Assembly (NCBI GenBank): GCA_016432365.1
Contig: CP066686.1
Location: forward strand, 691,992-755,991
DNA length: 64,000 nucleotides
Origin: Candidatus Woesebacteria bacterium
Lineage (GTDB): Bacteria > Patescibacteriota > Microgenomatia > UBA8517
Direction: 5' to 3'
This document shows, piece by piece, positions 45,355 to 55,742 of this stretch. Below the pieces are notes generated by a model. The model did not search any database. It was not told where the DNA came from and was given only the letters and a program-made list of their open reading frames with translations. The translations under genes were made by a program, and so were the position numbers. Positions within the stretch are counted from its first letter, which is position 1; the number at the start of each line of letters is the position of its first letter.

Positions 45355-47985
45355 GGATTCGATAAAATTCAGGAATTTTCTCCAAACAGAAATTGGTACT
45401 TGTGTGTCCAGTACTGTCTTTACAGGTTGAGTAACGTTTGTTTCAGCCGGGGTGGTAGGTGTAATGAGATTATTACGATTATTATTATTGTTGTTGTTAA
45501 TTTCTACGCTTTTGGTAGAACCGGAACTGTCGATTATTGCATAATAACCCCCGATTTTAGCAATTACAGAAACGGTTTTATTGACTGTGTCTACAACAGA
45601 ATTCTCTACAACCTTCCACAAAACTCCATCCTCAGAATAAGTTAACACAAAATTTCTAGGGTTTGAATTTTTTATATTTATATTGTTGTACGACAAGGAA
45701 AGTACTGACGGTAGCCGCTGCATGTCCTTGGTAATTTTGATTGCTTGGAAGCTTGAATTTGGGGGATAGGCTTTGAACCAAATATCCTGAATATATCCGA
45801 TCGGACTGTATTCCCGTCCACTGATTTTTATTTGTAACTTTTTACCAACAACGGCAATTGCCGATAGGTAGGCGTTAAAATCGAAGATGTATGGCCTAAC
45901 TACTGCTGTGACGACCTGCCCATAGGTAGATGAATCTTCAGTCGCAGATATTGCCACCATACCAAGCCCTCTGGCGGAAGAAAAGAGAAGATTGGAGGTG
46001 TTGTGTGAGCTATCGGAACAAGATCCGATTGAGTAACTTTGTTTTAAATAACTAGCTCTTGGTGTAAAAGAATGATTACTATCGTACGCCCTAATGTAAA
46101 TATCGTAACAACCATCGCCTGTCGGGATGTTTGCAATGGTGCAGGTAAACTGCTCGCTTCTTGTATTAAAGGAGTTATCATCGGCGGTACAACTACTCCA
46201 TGAGGTTGACGGGTCCTGATTGCCAATTTGATACTCTACACCTGAAATGGTTGTAATACTATTCGTGGCCACAACACTTCCCTTAACCGTATATGTTGAT
46301 CCGTTTCTGGATTGCGATGCAGAAGTAATTGTATGCGGGAAATTAAATACTAAATAAATTGAACCGGCGTTATCTCTTCCAGATGGATTGGCCCAAGTGT
46401 CTAATAATGCCATGTCGTATGAACCGTTCTCATCAAAATCAGCCTGATAGGCGCCATCTCCAAACCAAACACTTGCAAGAGGCCCGTCGTAGCGCAGGCT
46501 GAAAGGGCTTGTAAGCATATCGATTATGTTTCCCGTTCCGCTGTATGAAGCGAACAATTCATTATAAAGAACATAAACAGTACCCGAGTTTGCCCGGCCA
46601 TTTTGAGTTTCAAAATATGCACCCATAACCATATCGACTTTTCCGTTATTGTCGAGGTCATGCAAATCGGTAATACGCTGGCCTAAAAATGATGAATCGT
46701 AGGCTCCGTCAAAACGCAGATTGAATTTAGAAGTGTCGGACAAATTGATTGTGTTACCCACGCCTGAATAGTCATCTATTATCGAGTCGTAGATGACGTA
46801 GACCGCTCCGTTTCCGGAACGCGAGTTGTGATTACCAACAAATTCACCTATTACCAAATCCGGCTTGCCGTTTGAATTCAAATCTGGTGAAACGATTGAA
46901 GTGTAACCCAACAAACATGAATCACAAGTTCCATCTATTCTGAGGTTAAAATTGTTTGAATCGGTTAGATCGATCAAATTCCCTGTTCCGTTATATGAGC
47001 TTATAATCGAATCGTAAATTACAAAAACCGAACCGGCATCTGTAATTGCATTAGGGTTCGCATATCCAGCATCAATAACAATATCTTTTCTTCCATTGCC
47101 GTTTATATCAGCTATTGATATGCCGGAGTAAAGTGAGAAATAGCTACTGGCTGCTTCATAAAAACGAAGATTGTAAGTAGAAGTATCTGTCATGTCCACC
47201 GTAGTTCCGGGAGTGGAATTGTGGTCTATAAGTGAATCGTAAATAATCGTTAACTGGCCGTTTCTTGTAGTTGCGCCTGTTCCGGAATGGCCCGAACCAA
47301 CTAGAATATCCGGAACACCATTACCATTAATATCTTCAGCCATGATGAAGGACTCAGACATTTCGTGTCTGCCGGATGAACCAACATCGCCGTCATACCG
47401 GATACTAAATTTCGTAGTGTCGGCCAGGTCTACAACGTTTCCGGTACCGGAATAAATTGATATTAATTCGTTGTATATGACAAAGAAAGAACCGGAATTT
47501 GTCCTCAGATAATTTCCGTGAGGGAATGGCAACAAAAGGTCATTTTTTCCATTTGCGTCAAGATCTGCAATACTACCACCCGATGCATAGCCTAAAAATC
47601 CAAGTGTAGTAGGCCCATCAAACCTGATGTTAAAATTGCTTGTATTGTTTAAGTCGATTGTGTTTCCAGTACCCTGGAGATTTTGCAAAAGTGAATCGAA
47701 TAAAACATAACAGGCTCCATTTGCATTTCTTGATTGAGTATCGGCAAGATGGTAACAGATAACCAAGTCCGCTTTGCCGTTATTGTCTAAATCGGCAAAG
47801 GCGTTTTTAAATATGTTGGATCCAACCGCTCCGGAGGCGTCACCATTGGGGCCATCAATTCTCAAATTCCAATTGGACGAATCTGACATGTCAAATGTGT
47901 TTGAAGCTAAAGCGGTGGCTGGGAACAGAAAAAAAAGGTAACTAATTATGAAAAATGAAAATATGGAGATTTTTTTTAAACACAT
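45304..47985 (-). CDS. Secreted FG-GAP (integrin-alpha-like beta-propeller) surface protein with Ig-like domain (start re-assigned to ATG 47985)
   Basis: Signal peptide; seven D-L/I-D/N-x-N-G-x-x-D-L repeats with GAVY-like strands. Confidence 0.88.
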   Translation of the reverse strand: MCLKKISIFSFFIISYLFFLFPATALASNTFDMSDSSNWNLRIDGPNGDASGAVGSNIFKNAFADLDNNGKADLVICYHLADTQSRNANGACYVLFDSLLQNLQGTGNTIDLNNTSNFNIRFDGPTTLGFLGYASGGSIADLDANGKNDLLLPFPHGNYLRTNSGSFFVIYNELISIYSGTGNVVDLADTTKFSIRYDGDVGSSGRHEMSESFIMAEDINGNGVPDILVGSGHSGTGATTRNGQLTIIYDSLIDHNSTPGTTVDMTDTSTYNLRFYEAASSYFSLYSGISIADINGNGRKDIVIDAGYANPNAITDAGSVFVIYDSIISSYNGTGNLIDLTDSNNFNLRIDGTCDSCLLGYTSIVSPDLNSNGKPDLVIGEFVGNHNSRSGNGAVYVIYDSIIDDYSGVGNTINLSDTSKFNLRFDGAYDSSFLGQRITDLHDLDNNGKVDMVMGAYFETQNGRANSGTVYVLYNELFASYSGTGNIIDMLTSPFSLRYDGPLASVWFGDGAYQADFDENGSYDMALLDTWANPSGRDNAGSIYLVFNFPHTITSASQSRNGSTYTVKGSVVATNSITTISGVEYQIGNQDPSTSWSSCTADDNSFNTRSEQFTCTIANIPTGDGCYDIYIRAYDSNHSFTPRASYLKQSYSIGSCSDSSHNTSNLLFSSARGLGMVAISATEDSSTYGQVVTAVVRPYIFDFNAYLSAIAVVGKKLQIKISGREYSPIGYIQDIWFKAYPPNSSFQAIKITKDMQRLPSVLSLSYNNINIKNSNPRNFVLTYSEDGVLWKVVENSVVDTVNKTVSVIAKIGGYYAIIDSSGSTKSVEINNNNNNNRNNLITPTTPAETNVTQPVKTVLDTQVPISVWRKFLNFIESLFTPFGPNAGGKKTAS

Positions 47986-47993
47986 TTGGAAAA

Positions 47994-49931
47994 TTAAAAA
48001 CAGACAAAGTTCCAAAGATAGCACTTCTTACTTTGTGCAGGCGTTGGAGTACCTGTTGCTACGGGAGGTGGGGTTTGAAGCTGCGGATCGGTAACAGAAG
48101 GGGCGGGAGTTGTTTTACTGTTATTGGTTGACACTGTTTTGAACAGCGACCCTCCGCTCTGCGAGATTGCATAATAACCGCCAATTTTGGTAACTGCTGA
48201 AACCGTTTTGTTGACAGTATCTACTACTGAGTTTGGAAGAACGCTCCAAGTTTTGCCGTCAAGTGAACGAACCAATTTAAACTTCTTGGGATTTAGACCT
48301 GATATGGGTAAATTTGCAAATGACAGTGATAGTATGGACGGTTTGTTTTGTAATTCGGGTATAATCTTTGCCGGACTGTAGTTGTCGTTAGGTGGGTAAG
48401 ATTTGTACCAAATGTTTTGGATATATCCAACCAATCTGAATCTTGAAGCATAAAAGCTCTTCAATACCGGACCTGAAAGAACAGCCTGGGAGGATAGGAA
48501 GGCGTTGAATCTAAAGATCATCGGTTCGATTATTACCGTTACGTTTTGACCGTTTAATATACTGTCTCTGATCGGGTTAATTGCAAACCTGGACATTCTA
48601 ACTTCACTCTCAAAAGGAATTTGATAAGACTCAACAGAGGACGAAGGGCTTGGGTCAGGAGCATTTAAAGTATAAGTTAATTCAGTGTTAGTTGAGGCAC
48701 TGGCTGCATTTCCGTAATTATCTGTACAAGCTATATAGACAGTTCTTGACCCGTTCGAACCTAAGTTGGGAGAAAGACATGAATGGCTGGTAGATCCTGA
48801 TCCTGTACAAACATTCGTACTACTCATATCTGCATATGCCTGATCTGTTACTGAAACTCTACAAGTAGCGATTTCGTCAGTAGTAAAAGTAATTGTAGGA
48901 GTCGGACCATTTATAGTAGTTCCGGCAGAAGGAGAGATGCTGCTCAAGGTTGGGGGTGTTGAGTCTGATACGTAATATACTTTTCTGAAATAGGTGCCGC
49001 CATTTTCGCCGGCAAAAACCCACATTTTGTTATCAAACACGGCTGAAGAATGATTGCTTGTTGCAACCGGCAATGCGTTTGTCCCTGCCTCAGTCCAGGT
49101 AATACCATCGGTTGATGAGTAAACTTTTCGAACTGCGCTGCCGGTGGTACCACCAATTACCCACATTTTATTGTCATAAACTACTGATGTATGCTGCGCA
49201 GTTGCCACAGGTAAAGAATTTGTTCCCGCTTCGGTCCAAGTAGTACCATCTGTTGAAGAATAAACTTTTGGAGTAAAAACTGATCCAAGATTATCTGTAT
49301 AGCCACCAATTACCCACATTTTATTGTTGTATACAAGGGCTGTGTGGTTCATCGTTCCAACGGGTAAAACATTCGTCCCAGCCTCTGTCCAGGTAATACC
49401 ATCGGTTGACCAATATACTTTTCGAATCATGTTGTTGGAACTATCTCTTCCTCCAATCACCCACATTTTATTGTCGAAAACTACCGCAGATAAATTACTA
49501 GTGGCAACGGGGAATGAGTTGGTACCAACCTCTGCCCAAGTGGTACCGTCGGATGACGAATAAACTCTTCGGACCGTTGCAAACGAACCATTGACTCCAC
49601 CAATAATCCAAATTTTGCTATCATACACGACCGAAGCCCCGGAATATGAAGCAACAGGCAATGCGTTTGTCCCTGCCTCGGTCCAGGTAAAACCGTCCGA
49701 GGAGTAATATACTTTTCTGGATACCGCAAACGAAGTGTTAAAACCCCCGAATACCCACATCTTGTTATTGAATGTTGCCGCGTAAGGGGCATATAAACCG
49801 ACGGGTAATGCGTTTGTTCCGGCCTCCGTCCAAGACGAACCGTCTGCTAATGCAAAGGCAGATTTTGGAAAGCATAATATCAAGAAGATAAACGAAGATA
49901 AAAAAATTAACGTTTTGAGTACAAATTTCAT
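47994..49931 (-). CDS. Secreted Kelch-like beta-propeller surface protein
   Basis: Signal peptide; six ~50-aa repeats WTEAGTNxLPV...VYDNKMWVIGG...KVYSSTDG. Confidence 0.9.
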   Translation of the reverse strand: MKFVLKTLIFLSSFIFLILCFPKSAFALADGSSWTEAGTNALPVGLYAPYAATFNNKMWVFGGFNTSFAVSRKVYYSSDGFTWTEAGTNALPVASYSGASVVYDSKIWIIGGVNGSFATVRRVYSSSDGTTWAEVGTNSFPVATSNLSAVVFDNKMWVIGGRDSSNNMIRKVYWSTDGITWTEAGTNVLPVGTMNHTALVYNNKMWVIGGYTDNLGSVFTPKVYSSTDGTTWTEAGTNSLPVATAQHTSVVYDNKMWVIGGTTGSAVRKVYSSTDGITWTEAGTNALPVATSNHSSAVFDNKMWVFAGENGGTYFRKVYYVSDSTPPTLSSISPSAGTTINGPTPTITFTTDEIATCRVSVTDQAYADMSSTNVCTGSGSTSHSCLSPNLGSNGSRTVYIACTDNYGNAASASTNTELTYTLNAPDPSPSSSVESYQIPFESEVRMSRFAINPIRDSILNGQNVTVIIEPMIFRFNAFLSSQAVLSGPVLKSFYASRFRLVGYIQNIWYKSYPPNDNYSPAKIIPELQNKPSILSLSFANLPISGLNPKKFKLVRSLDGKTWSVLPNSVVDTVNKTVSAVTKIGGYYAISQSGGSLFKTVSTNNSKTTPAPSVTDPQLQTPPPVATGTPTPAQSKKCYLWNFVCF

Positions 49932-49988
49932 AGCACCATATTAAGCATATATTTAAAGTGCTTGAGTGTAAATGCCTATATGATCTGT

Positions 49989-51728
49989 CTAGTTCTTAAC
50001 CGAGTCCCAAGGACCGAACTCGTGCCCTTTATGAAGGTCCTGTAATTTTTCCTGCATTGCTTCAGTTGCATTTGTATGTAAATCGGTATTCGGAGCGGCA
50101 ACCGAACCATGACCTTCCTGTTGTGCACTTTGTGTCTCACCGTATATGTCCCACGTATTTTCGTCTTGTTTAATTTGCATTCCTTCCTCTTTAAATTTCG
50201 ATTTAGAAACTCCGCCATCTTTTTTAGTAGTTTGTTCCTCCGCTGTATAGCTCCAATTCACCCGTTTTCCGTCGGGGTATGCCCATTCCTGAAATCTTGT
50301 AACGCTTCCTTTTCCCAAAATCTGAGTTTCGGATGTATACAAAGTTCCATCCGGCAAAAGTTTTATAAAAGAAATTCCCTTTTCGTCTGCTCCAAATACA
50401 ATGGTTTTATTCGGTGCGTTTAGGCAGTCCAGACGATTACGGGCATCAATCAACCGTTCCCACTCAGTTTCGCCAAGTTCGTTATTTTTAGCCATTCTTA
50501 TAAGCTCCTCGCGTGACGGCAATTGGCCCATTATGGCCCATGCTTCGGCTTGGCGTATAGCCAGTTCACCAGGCGTAAGATCTTCATATCTTTTATCCTC
50601 ATTGGGTTTGGATTTATTTTTTTTGACAGGTTTTTTTGAAGATTCTTTAGGGTAAGCATCTTGTATTGATCTGGCCATCCACATTACATCGAACTCGTCC
50701 CCGGTTATTTCTCCACTTTGCCACATATCGTATATTTTACCCATATCGGGGAGTTCCGGACCTTTGGCAAGGGCTCTTGCTTTTTCAACTAACTCTTTAT
50801 ACCTCTTGGAGTAGTAATCAGCATATTCCTGATCAGTTTTTAGAGCCTCAAATGGTTTTCCGGACATAACGCTCCCCATTGCCATTATTTGAGCTTGAGC
50901 AGTTACAACTTGTGCTTGCTGACTCGTTGAGAGATCTTTCCATTCAATAGGACTTACGGACTTAATTTGGGACACATTTCGACTTTCGGAGGCCTGAGAT
51001 TTTTGGGTGAGTTCTTTTGTTTGGTTTCTTTTGTTGTTCGCTGAAGAAGGTTCTGATTTAGATTTATCTTGAGACGGATTGGTTGTGGTTTTTGTAGGCT
51101 GGATTTTCTTTTCTCCAATACCTTTTTCATTAAATGGAATGCCTGCCGCCTTGCCCACTTTTATTACATCTGTACCGGTAGCTTTTTTTACTTTATTTTC
51201 GTAGAATGCTGAGCTTTTGGCATGTCCGGCAACGGCGTTTTTTAACCACTGATCCCAACCTATATCCGGCGGAATGGTTATAAAAATCATCGTTTCGGGA
51301 TTTTGCTGGTGAAATTTATATATCTCGTCTTGGGTAACCAAAACCGTATGCACTGCATTTAGAGTCGGTTTGGCGTTTTCAGGTAACCAAGCCATCTTTG
51401 CTGCGATAAACTCTTCTCTTTGCTTATTCTGTTTGGTAGTGAGACTGAGCGGAAAAGGCTGACCATAGGGGTGTGTTTGATAAAATCTGGCAACTTCTAC
51501 GCGAATCTGATCTCCTTGTTTGCCCAATTCAATAAATTGCTGTCCTTTTTCTTGAAACTTTTCATGCGAGAAAGTTTCTTCCTCCATGCGATCTAAAATT
51601 TCTTGGCGTAGGTCTTCGACAGTGTGTATTTCGCGTTCCTTGCGGGGAGTTTCGGGCGCAGGCGTACGTTGCTCGGGGGGGATGTACAGACGAGGTCTCT
51701 CGTGCTCTGGTCTCATGGACGGTTTCAA
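49989..51728 (-). CDS. Hypothetical protein (579 aa)
   Basis: Long ORF with a weak internal duplication; no family recognised. Confidence 0.75.
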   Translation of the reverse strand: MKPSMRPEHERPRLYIPPEQRTPAPETPRKEREIHTVEDLRQEILDRMEEETFSHEKFQEKGQQFIELGKQGDQIRVEVARFYQTHPYGQPFPLSLTTKQNKQREEFIAAKMAWLPENAKPTLNAVHTVLVTQDEIYKFHQQNPETMIFITIPPDIGWDQWLKNAVAGHAKSSAFYENKVKKATGTDVIKVGKAAGIPFNEKGIGEKKIQPTKTTTNPSQDKSKSEPSSANNKRNQTKELTQKSQASESRNVSQIKSVSPIEWKDLSTSQQAQVVTAQAQIMAMGSVMSGKPFEALKTDQEYADYYSKRYKELVEKARALAKGPELPDMGKIYDMWQSGEITGDEFDVMWMARSIQDAYPKESSKKPVKKNKSKPNEDKRYEDLTPGELAIRQAEAWAIMGQLPSREELIRMAKNNELGETEWERLIDARNRLDCLNAPNKTIVFGADEKGISFIKLLPDGTLYTSETQILGKGSVTRFQEWAYPDGKRVNWSYTAEEQTTKKDGGVSKSKFKEEGMQIKQDENTWDIYGETQSAQQEGHGSVAAPNTDLHTNATEAMQEKLQDLHKGHEFGPWDSVKN

Positions 51729-51824
51729 GAAGTATAAATCGTAATAAGTTAAGAGTCAATTTGCCAGGTCTGTCAACTAATTCGCATATTGATTAAGGCC
51801 CGTGTTGTACAATAGTATGTGTAG

Positions 51825-54761
51825 ATGGTAAGGCACTATAAAATTATTATTTTTGTTTGGTTGGTTTTGCTATTTGTATCTGGTAATCGGTCTAAAGTCT
51901 TAGCCTCAACCAACTACCTAATGTCTTCGCCTTCCAATTGGAACATTAGAATAGATGGCAAGGAGAATGACTGTATTGGCTTTGACATAATTAAAGAGGT
52001 TGACGTAAACAGTGACGGTCTAAAAGACTTAATTGTTAGCGCAGATTGTGCAGATAATAATTCTCGTACAAATTCAGGTTCGCTCTATATAATCTACAAT
52101 TCTCTCTTAAATAGTCTTAGCGGTACGGGCAACGTAATCGATTTAGCCAACTCATCTAATTGGAATATTAGAATTGACGGATCGGCTACAGACGAGGAGT
52201 TTTCGGGTTACTTCGCCGACGCTGTTGATTTAAACAATGATGGTAACAAAGATTTGGTTCTAAGTGCCTATAAAGCAGATAAAAATTCAAGACCTGGGTC
52301 CGGTTCAATTTATGTTTTATACAATTCATTGTTTGCCGGTTTAACAGGAACTGGAAACACAATCGACTTAAACACAAGCACTAATTACAACCTTAGATTC
52401 GACGGAGAAGCAACATCAGACTTGTTAGGTGATAGTCAATTCAGTGTTATTGACCTTGACCAAAACGGAAATGTTGAGCTAATTATCACTGCCCCTTGGC
52501 ATAACTACGGTGCAAGAGCAGATTCAGGTGCAGTCTATGTTTTTAAAGATACCCTCCTTGCAACATTTACCGGAACAGGCAACAACGTAGATCTGGCAAC
52601 GAGTACAAACTACAACATTAAATATGTTACCGGCGACAGCTATTTTTTAGGTCATGTTAATTTAAATGCTGCAGATCTAAACAATGATAATAAGCCCGAG
52701 TTAATATTGGGTGCTCCGCTTGCAATAAGTAATACCGGTTATCTATATATTGTTAATAATGACTTATACAATGGTTTGCTTAGCTCTACAGGGAATATCG
52801 TTGATCTTTTAACCTCAACCAATTACACAATAAGATATGACGGTGCAGCAACAGGGGCTGCTTTGGGTAACGGTAACATTGCGATTGGAGATTATAACAA
52901 TGACAGTAAAAATGACATTATTGTTGGATCAAGCTATACGGGAAATGGCGCGATTTATGTTTTGCTTAATAGTTTAATCAACACCAATTTTTCAGGTACG
53001 GGAAATATCGTGAATATGGGAACAACAACCAACTTCAATCTACGCATTGATGGTCAGGTATCTGGTGTAACGTTTCCCACTTTTGTTTCTATAAATGGCG
53101 ACTACAACGGTGACGGTAAAACCGACTTGATAACTTCAGCGGTTTCTTCTGCTTTTAACTCACTAAATTTTTCAGGTGCGGTTTACGTTGTTTACAATTC
53201 CATGACAGACACATCAACCGGAAATATTATTCCTCTATCAACCTCCAGTAATTATGCGATGAGGTACGACGGCGCTGCGGCAGTGGATGGTCTTGGATAT
53301 TCGGGAATTGGACTGATTGATTACAACAATGATGGAAGGAGAGATGTTGTAATATCTACATATCTGGCAGATAACACAAGTGTAAGATCCGGATCGTTTT
53401 GGCTAATTTACAATTTTCCTCACACAATTACTATCAACAGCGTATCTTCGTCTTTTGACCCAGACAACCCCATAACCGGAAGCGTTAATGCTTCAAATTC
53501 TTCAACAGCCATTTCGGGAGTTGAGTATCAGGTTGACACCAATTCTATTACCGGTACCTGGACTGCCTGTAATGCAGATGATGGCAGTTTTAATTCTACT
53601 TCTGAATCATTTAGTTGTAATTTACCGGTTGGCCTGGCTGATGGAAGTCACACGGTCTATGTCAGGTCTTATGATGCAAATTCCTCCTACACAAATCAAA
53701 GCAGTTATGCTTCGGTATCGTTCACTTCTGAAAATATTAATCCGGCAGACTTTTCTTTAGTGTACCCTCTGGGATATCTGAACAGTGACACAAAGCCTAC
53801 GTTAGTTTATAAGAAGTCATCTGACGCAAGCGGTATTGGTTCTTATACGGTAACGCTAGACACGGGTCGAATGAGAAGCTTTATTCAAACGGGAATTCCG
53901 GCTTCGGGCGACGGCTCCGCTTCTTATGTTTGGAGAGACAACAACGATGTCAATGTAAAATTTTTAAATGAAAACACCGCAGATTCAACTGACGATGAAA
54001 TTAAGGTCTATTTTAAAGGTCTAAACATCCAGGATTTAACGGAAGGCAAGCATTCGTGGAACGTATTAGCATATGACACTGTCGGCAACAGTAGGTCGGA
54101 GACACAAGATTTTTATATTGACAAAACAGCACCCGGTTTTGCCAACTTAGCCATTGCCAATGTCGCTTATGTTAAAGCGGGTAAAACATATAGATTAACC
54201 GGGGCCAATAAACAATTTTCGATTATGGGCAAGGCGATAGACCCTTATGTTGGCAGTCAGGTTACATATTCGAACGGTTTAACAGACACTTTTGAGAAAA
54301 CAAGTTCAGGTCCGTTTTCTTTAATCCTAGACATTAAAAAGCAATCTCTCAAATCCTATGTTCCAGTGTTAAATAAGGAATACATTATTCCTGGAGGCGA
54401 TATAGTAGACAGTATTAATATAGACAAATCAGCAAGTTTTTATATTACCATTCCAAGCCAATTGTCGCCGGGTTTTTACCGTATTTCGCTCTCACTTAAA
54501 GACGGTGCCGGAAACATATATACATTCCCTTATTTTTACATACAACTTTCTTATACTTCACCAAGGCTGACAGTAAATAGCGTTTACTATGACACAATCA
54601 ACAGGTTGCCATATCCAAGAGCACCAAGCGCGGAAGATAAAGGAACTTCGATTCCTGATAGCTTCCTAAACTATTCAGGGTCAACTGAAGTCAAAACTAG
54701 TTTCTGGAGTAATATATTTAATACTTTCAAAAAACTTTGCGGAAGGTTTAGTTTTTTTTAA
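51825..54761 (+). CDS. Secreted FG-GAP beta-propeller surface protein with Ig-like domains (paralog of 45304..47985)
   Basis: Seven DxNxDGxxDL repeats; shares NW.(L/I)RIDG, NFPHTIT and ISGVEYQ..W..C.ADD.SFN with the paralog. Confidence 0.9.
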   Translation: MVRHYKIIIFVWLVLLFVSGNRSKVLASTNYLMSSPSNWNIRIDGKENDCIGFDIIKEVDVNSDGLKDLIVSADCADNNSRTNSGSLYIIYNSLLNSLSGTGNVIDLANSSNWNIRIDGSATDEEFSGYFADAVDLNNDGNKDLVLSAYKADKNSRPGSGSIYVLYNSLFAGLTGTGNTIDLNTSTNYNLRFDGEATSDLLGDSQFSVIDLDQNGNVELIITAPWHNYGARADSGAVYVFKDTLLATFTGTGNNVDLATSTNYNIKYVTGDSYFLGHVNLNAADLNNDNKPELILGAPLAISNTGYLYIVNNDLYNGLLSSTGNIVDLLTSTNYTIRYDGAATGAALGNGNIAIGDYNNDSKNDIIVGSSYTGNGAIYVLLNSLINTNFSGTGNIVNMGTTTNFNLRIDGQVSGVTFPTFVSINGDYNGDGKTDLITSAVSSAFNSLNFSGAVYVVYNSMTDTSTGNIIPLSTSSNYAMRYDGAAAVDGLGYSGIGLIDYNNDGRRDVVISTYLADNTSVRSGSFWLIYNFPHTITINSVSSSFDPDNPITGSVNASNSSTAISGVEYQVDTNSITGTWTACNADDGSFNSTSESFSCNLPVGLADGSHTVYVRSYDANSSYTNQSSYASVSFTSENINPADFSLVYPLGYLNSDTKPTLVYKKSSDASGIGSYTVTLDTGRMRSFIQTGIPASGDGSASYVWRDNNDVNVKFLNENTADSTDDEIKVYFKGLNIQDLTEGKHSWNVLAYDTVGNSRSETQDFYIDKTAPGFANLAIANVAYVKAGKTYRLTGANKQFSIMGKAIDPYVGSQVTYSNGLTDTFEKTSSGPFSLILDIKKQSLKSYVPVLNKEYIIPGGDIVDSINIDKSASFYITIPSQLSPGFYRISLSLKDGAGNIYTFPYFYIQLSYTSPRLTVNSVYYDTINRLPYPRAPSAEDKGTSIPDSFLNYSGSTEVKTSFWSNIFNTFKKLCGRFSFF

Positions 54762-55090
54762 TTTATAGCGCCCAACCTTTTTTCTTCGTAAAGTTCCTTA
54801 AGAATTCTACAGGGTTCAACTAGGCCGGGATCAATTATGCTGTAGTAAATAAACTTGCCGACCCGCTTTCTTTTTACAAGACCAAATTTTCGAAGTGCCA
54901 TAAGGTGCTGTGAGGTGTTAGCTTTTCTTGTACCTAAGATTTTTGTAATTTCTGTTACTGTAATCTTTTTATCTAAAATTGTATTAAGTATTTCAAGGCG
55001 TTTTGCGTTAGCCAGCATTTTGTAAATTCGCGCATTTCGGGAGTAAACTTTTTTGGAGAATCTTGACTTCAACATATCTCTATTGTTCAT
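54758..55090 (-). CDS. ArsR/SmtB-family transcriptional regulator
   Basis: YKMLANAKRLEIL...TVTEI...NTSQHLMALR..GLV..KRVGK.IYYS. Confidence 0.92.
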   Translation of the reverse strand: MNNRDMLKSRFSKKVYSRNARIYKMLANAKRLEILNTILDKKITVTEITKILGTRKANTSQHLMALRKFGLVKRKRVGKFIYYSIIDPGLVEPCRILKELYEEKRLGAIN

Positions 55091-55181
55091 AATACTAAAA
55101 ATGTCGATATTTGCAACTATAGAAATTGAGGAGAGGTGTTCTGGCTGTTTTGGAGGGAAAATGGTAAAATTGTCCTGTTTG

Positions 55182-55256
55182 GGGCCGTTAGCTCAGCGGT
55201 AGAGCAATTCCCTCTTAAGGAAAAGGTCGATGGTTCGAATCCATCACGGCTCACCA
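55182..55256 (+). tRNA. trnK: tRNA-Lys(CTT), CCA encoded
   Basis: GGGCCGT/ACGGCTC, TTCC-CTCTTAA-GGAA, GATGG-TTCGAAT-CCATC. Confidence 0.93.
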
Positions 55257-55372
55257 AGCTTAGCTTGGTGAACAGTCAGCTCAGCTGACTCACTGTACTA
55301 GCTGGGTAAATATAGGAGCTTAGCTCGATCACACCACTCCCCATTGGGGATAATATTCGCTATAGTGATACT

Positions 55373-55648
55373 ATGTTCTATGTTTATATTCTTTTTTCTA
55401 AAAAAGATAGACAACTATACACAGGATTTACTCCAGATTTAAAATCAAGATTTAAAGCTCACACGAATGGGTATGTAAAGGCCACGAAATACCGAAGACC
55501 GTTAAAATTGATCTATTACGAAGCTTATGTCAAGGAGCTTGATGCTCGTAGACGGGAAAAATACCTTAAAGGTGGAAATGGTCGGGATACACTAAAGGTT
55601 CAAATGAAAGAAGAATTGGAAGATTTACACTATAAAAATTTGAAATGA
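55373..55648 (+). CDS. Stand-alone GIY-YIG nuclease (paralog of 9563..9844)
   Basis: MFYVYILFSKKD..LYTGFT.DLK.R...H..G...T..R.PLKLIYYE...A..REKYLK.G.GR. Confidence 0.93.
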   Translation: MFYVYILFSKKDRQLYTGFTPDLKSRFKAHTNGYVKATKYRRPLKLIYYEAYVKELDARRREKYLKGGNGRDTLKVQMKEELEDLHYKNLK

Positions 55649-55742
55649 GAAAATTTATCCTCAAAAAAATGTTGTTTTTGGCCTCATTCTCGGTAGACCC
55701 GAACTTTTGGATACCCTATAAAATGACCTGTATAATATAACA

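Noticed and set aside
48990-49850. CRISPR array or DGR template/variable repeats
   Set aside because: The repeats are in-frame Kelch coding repeats; no cas or reverse transcriptase gene in the window
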